From positions 62,001 to 126,000 of the forward strand of contig NIVC01001102.1 of assembly GCA_002269645.1 (NCBI GenBank): a DNA stretch of 64,000 bases, in the 5' to 3' direction. Below the pieces are notes generated by a model. That model ran no database searches. It saw only the letters and a program-made list of their open reading frames with translations, and was not told the origin of the DNA. Positions 63,219 to 64,000 of the stretch are shown here, piece after piece; the first letter of the stretch is position 1; each line of letters opens with the position of its first letter. A program made the translations under genes and the position numbers. The DNA is from Macrostomum lignano (taxonomy: Eukaryota).

Positions 63219-63840
63219 ATGGGCCTCGAGACTCTGCAATATTTTTTATTTGACTGCACCGGAGCCAAAGCAAAACGTGGCTACTATATCGTTGCCTGCT
63301 TCATATCAGTAGTATCTATCGCAACTACACTAACTAGTATAATTAGTTTCTGTATTGACTATCTTGACGAGCAAGCGATCTATCACAGTCTACCCAATAG
63401 AGGCCATTTTATTGGATATGTGCTATGCCTGTCCATAGCCCTGATAGCAACAGTACCAACTCTGGTACTGGCAGCTCTGGCAGTTCACGACCTGCCGCAG
63501 TACGAGAAACGGCCGATCGGCTTTGCTAATTGGCTGTGCAGTTCGGCCAAGTTCGACAATTTCTATTGCCACGGCAGCGCTACTCGCTATCTGCTGTTTG
63601 CTACACTGTCAGCTGCAACTGTCATCCTGTGCAACACTTTGTCAGTCTGTGCGTTGCACTATGGTGTTGCTAGCCTGTTTAGCCTAGCAACAGTTGCCAG
63701 GGCTGGTAGCTCCATTGATCGATTGCAGCAGCGGCTGGGCTGCTGCGGACTTGCTGGGCCGGATGACTGGAAGAGACGGCAGTGGCCTGGGGTGCCTAAG
63801 AGCTGCACTGCGGAGCTTTGGACAGATGGTGACAGTGTGG
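63219..63840 (+). CDS. Divergent tetraspanin-like protein, first coding exon (continues beyond the window)
   Basis: Three hydrophobic segments, then IDRLQQRLGCCG..GPDDW....VPKSC (EC2 CCG and PxSC motifs); donor GG|GTGAGT at 63841. Confidence 0.7.
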
Positions 63841-63844
63841 GTGA

Positions 63845-64000
63845 GTGACAGATTTAGTGTAGTGTGACAGGTTGGTTTAGAGTGACAGATTGGTGTGTAG
63901 AGTGACAGATTGGTGTGTAAAGTGACAGATTGGTGTAGAGTGACAGATTGGTGTAGAGTGACAGATTGGTGTAGAGTGACAGATTGGTGTAGAGTGACAG
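63845..64000. repeat. 18-bp minisatellite GAGTGACAGATTGGTGTA starting inside the tetraspanin donor
   Basis: The donor reads GT-GAGTGACAGATT; the array runs off the window end. Confidence 0.9.

Overview
Eukaryotic (animal) genomic DNA, not prokaryotic. The GC-rich exons, introns full of tandem repeats and A/C-rich acceptors resemble the flatworm Macrostomum; the taxon is an inference from sequence style only. By reading splice sites and phases by hand I reconstruct six genes. (1) The 3' part of a talin gene (+, 2165-29631; head is upstream of the window). (2) A bestrophin (+, 34708-43827). (3) An ankyrin-repeat/Ser-Thr kinase fusion (+, 45619-49443). (4) An M1 aminopeptidase N with an intronless CDS (-, 51998-54958). 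(5) A spliced beta-propeller-like gene (-, 56782-60613, 5' end unresolved). (6) The first exon of a divergent tetraspanin (+, from 63219). Mobile DNA includes two tRNA-derived SINE families with target-site duplications (one CORE-like), an internally deleted Tc1/IS630-type transposon with IR/DR ends, a long-TIR MITE and a hAT-like end. The dominant unexplained structure is about 45 different tandem arrays. Most introns carry their own private minisatellite, which often grows out of the splice site itself. Some arrays carry repeated AG|GT or donor/acceptor decoys, and some occur as reverse-complementary pairs flanking exons of one gene. Most ORFs in the supplied track are repeat artefacts. No CRISPR array or genuine tRNA/rRNA gene is supported.
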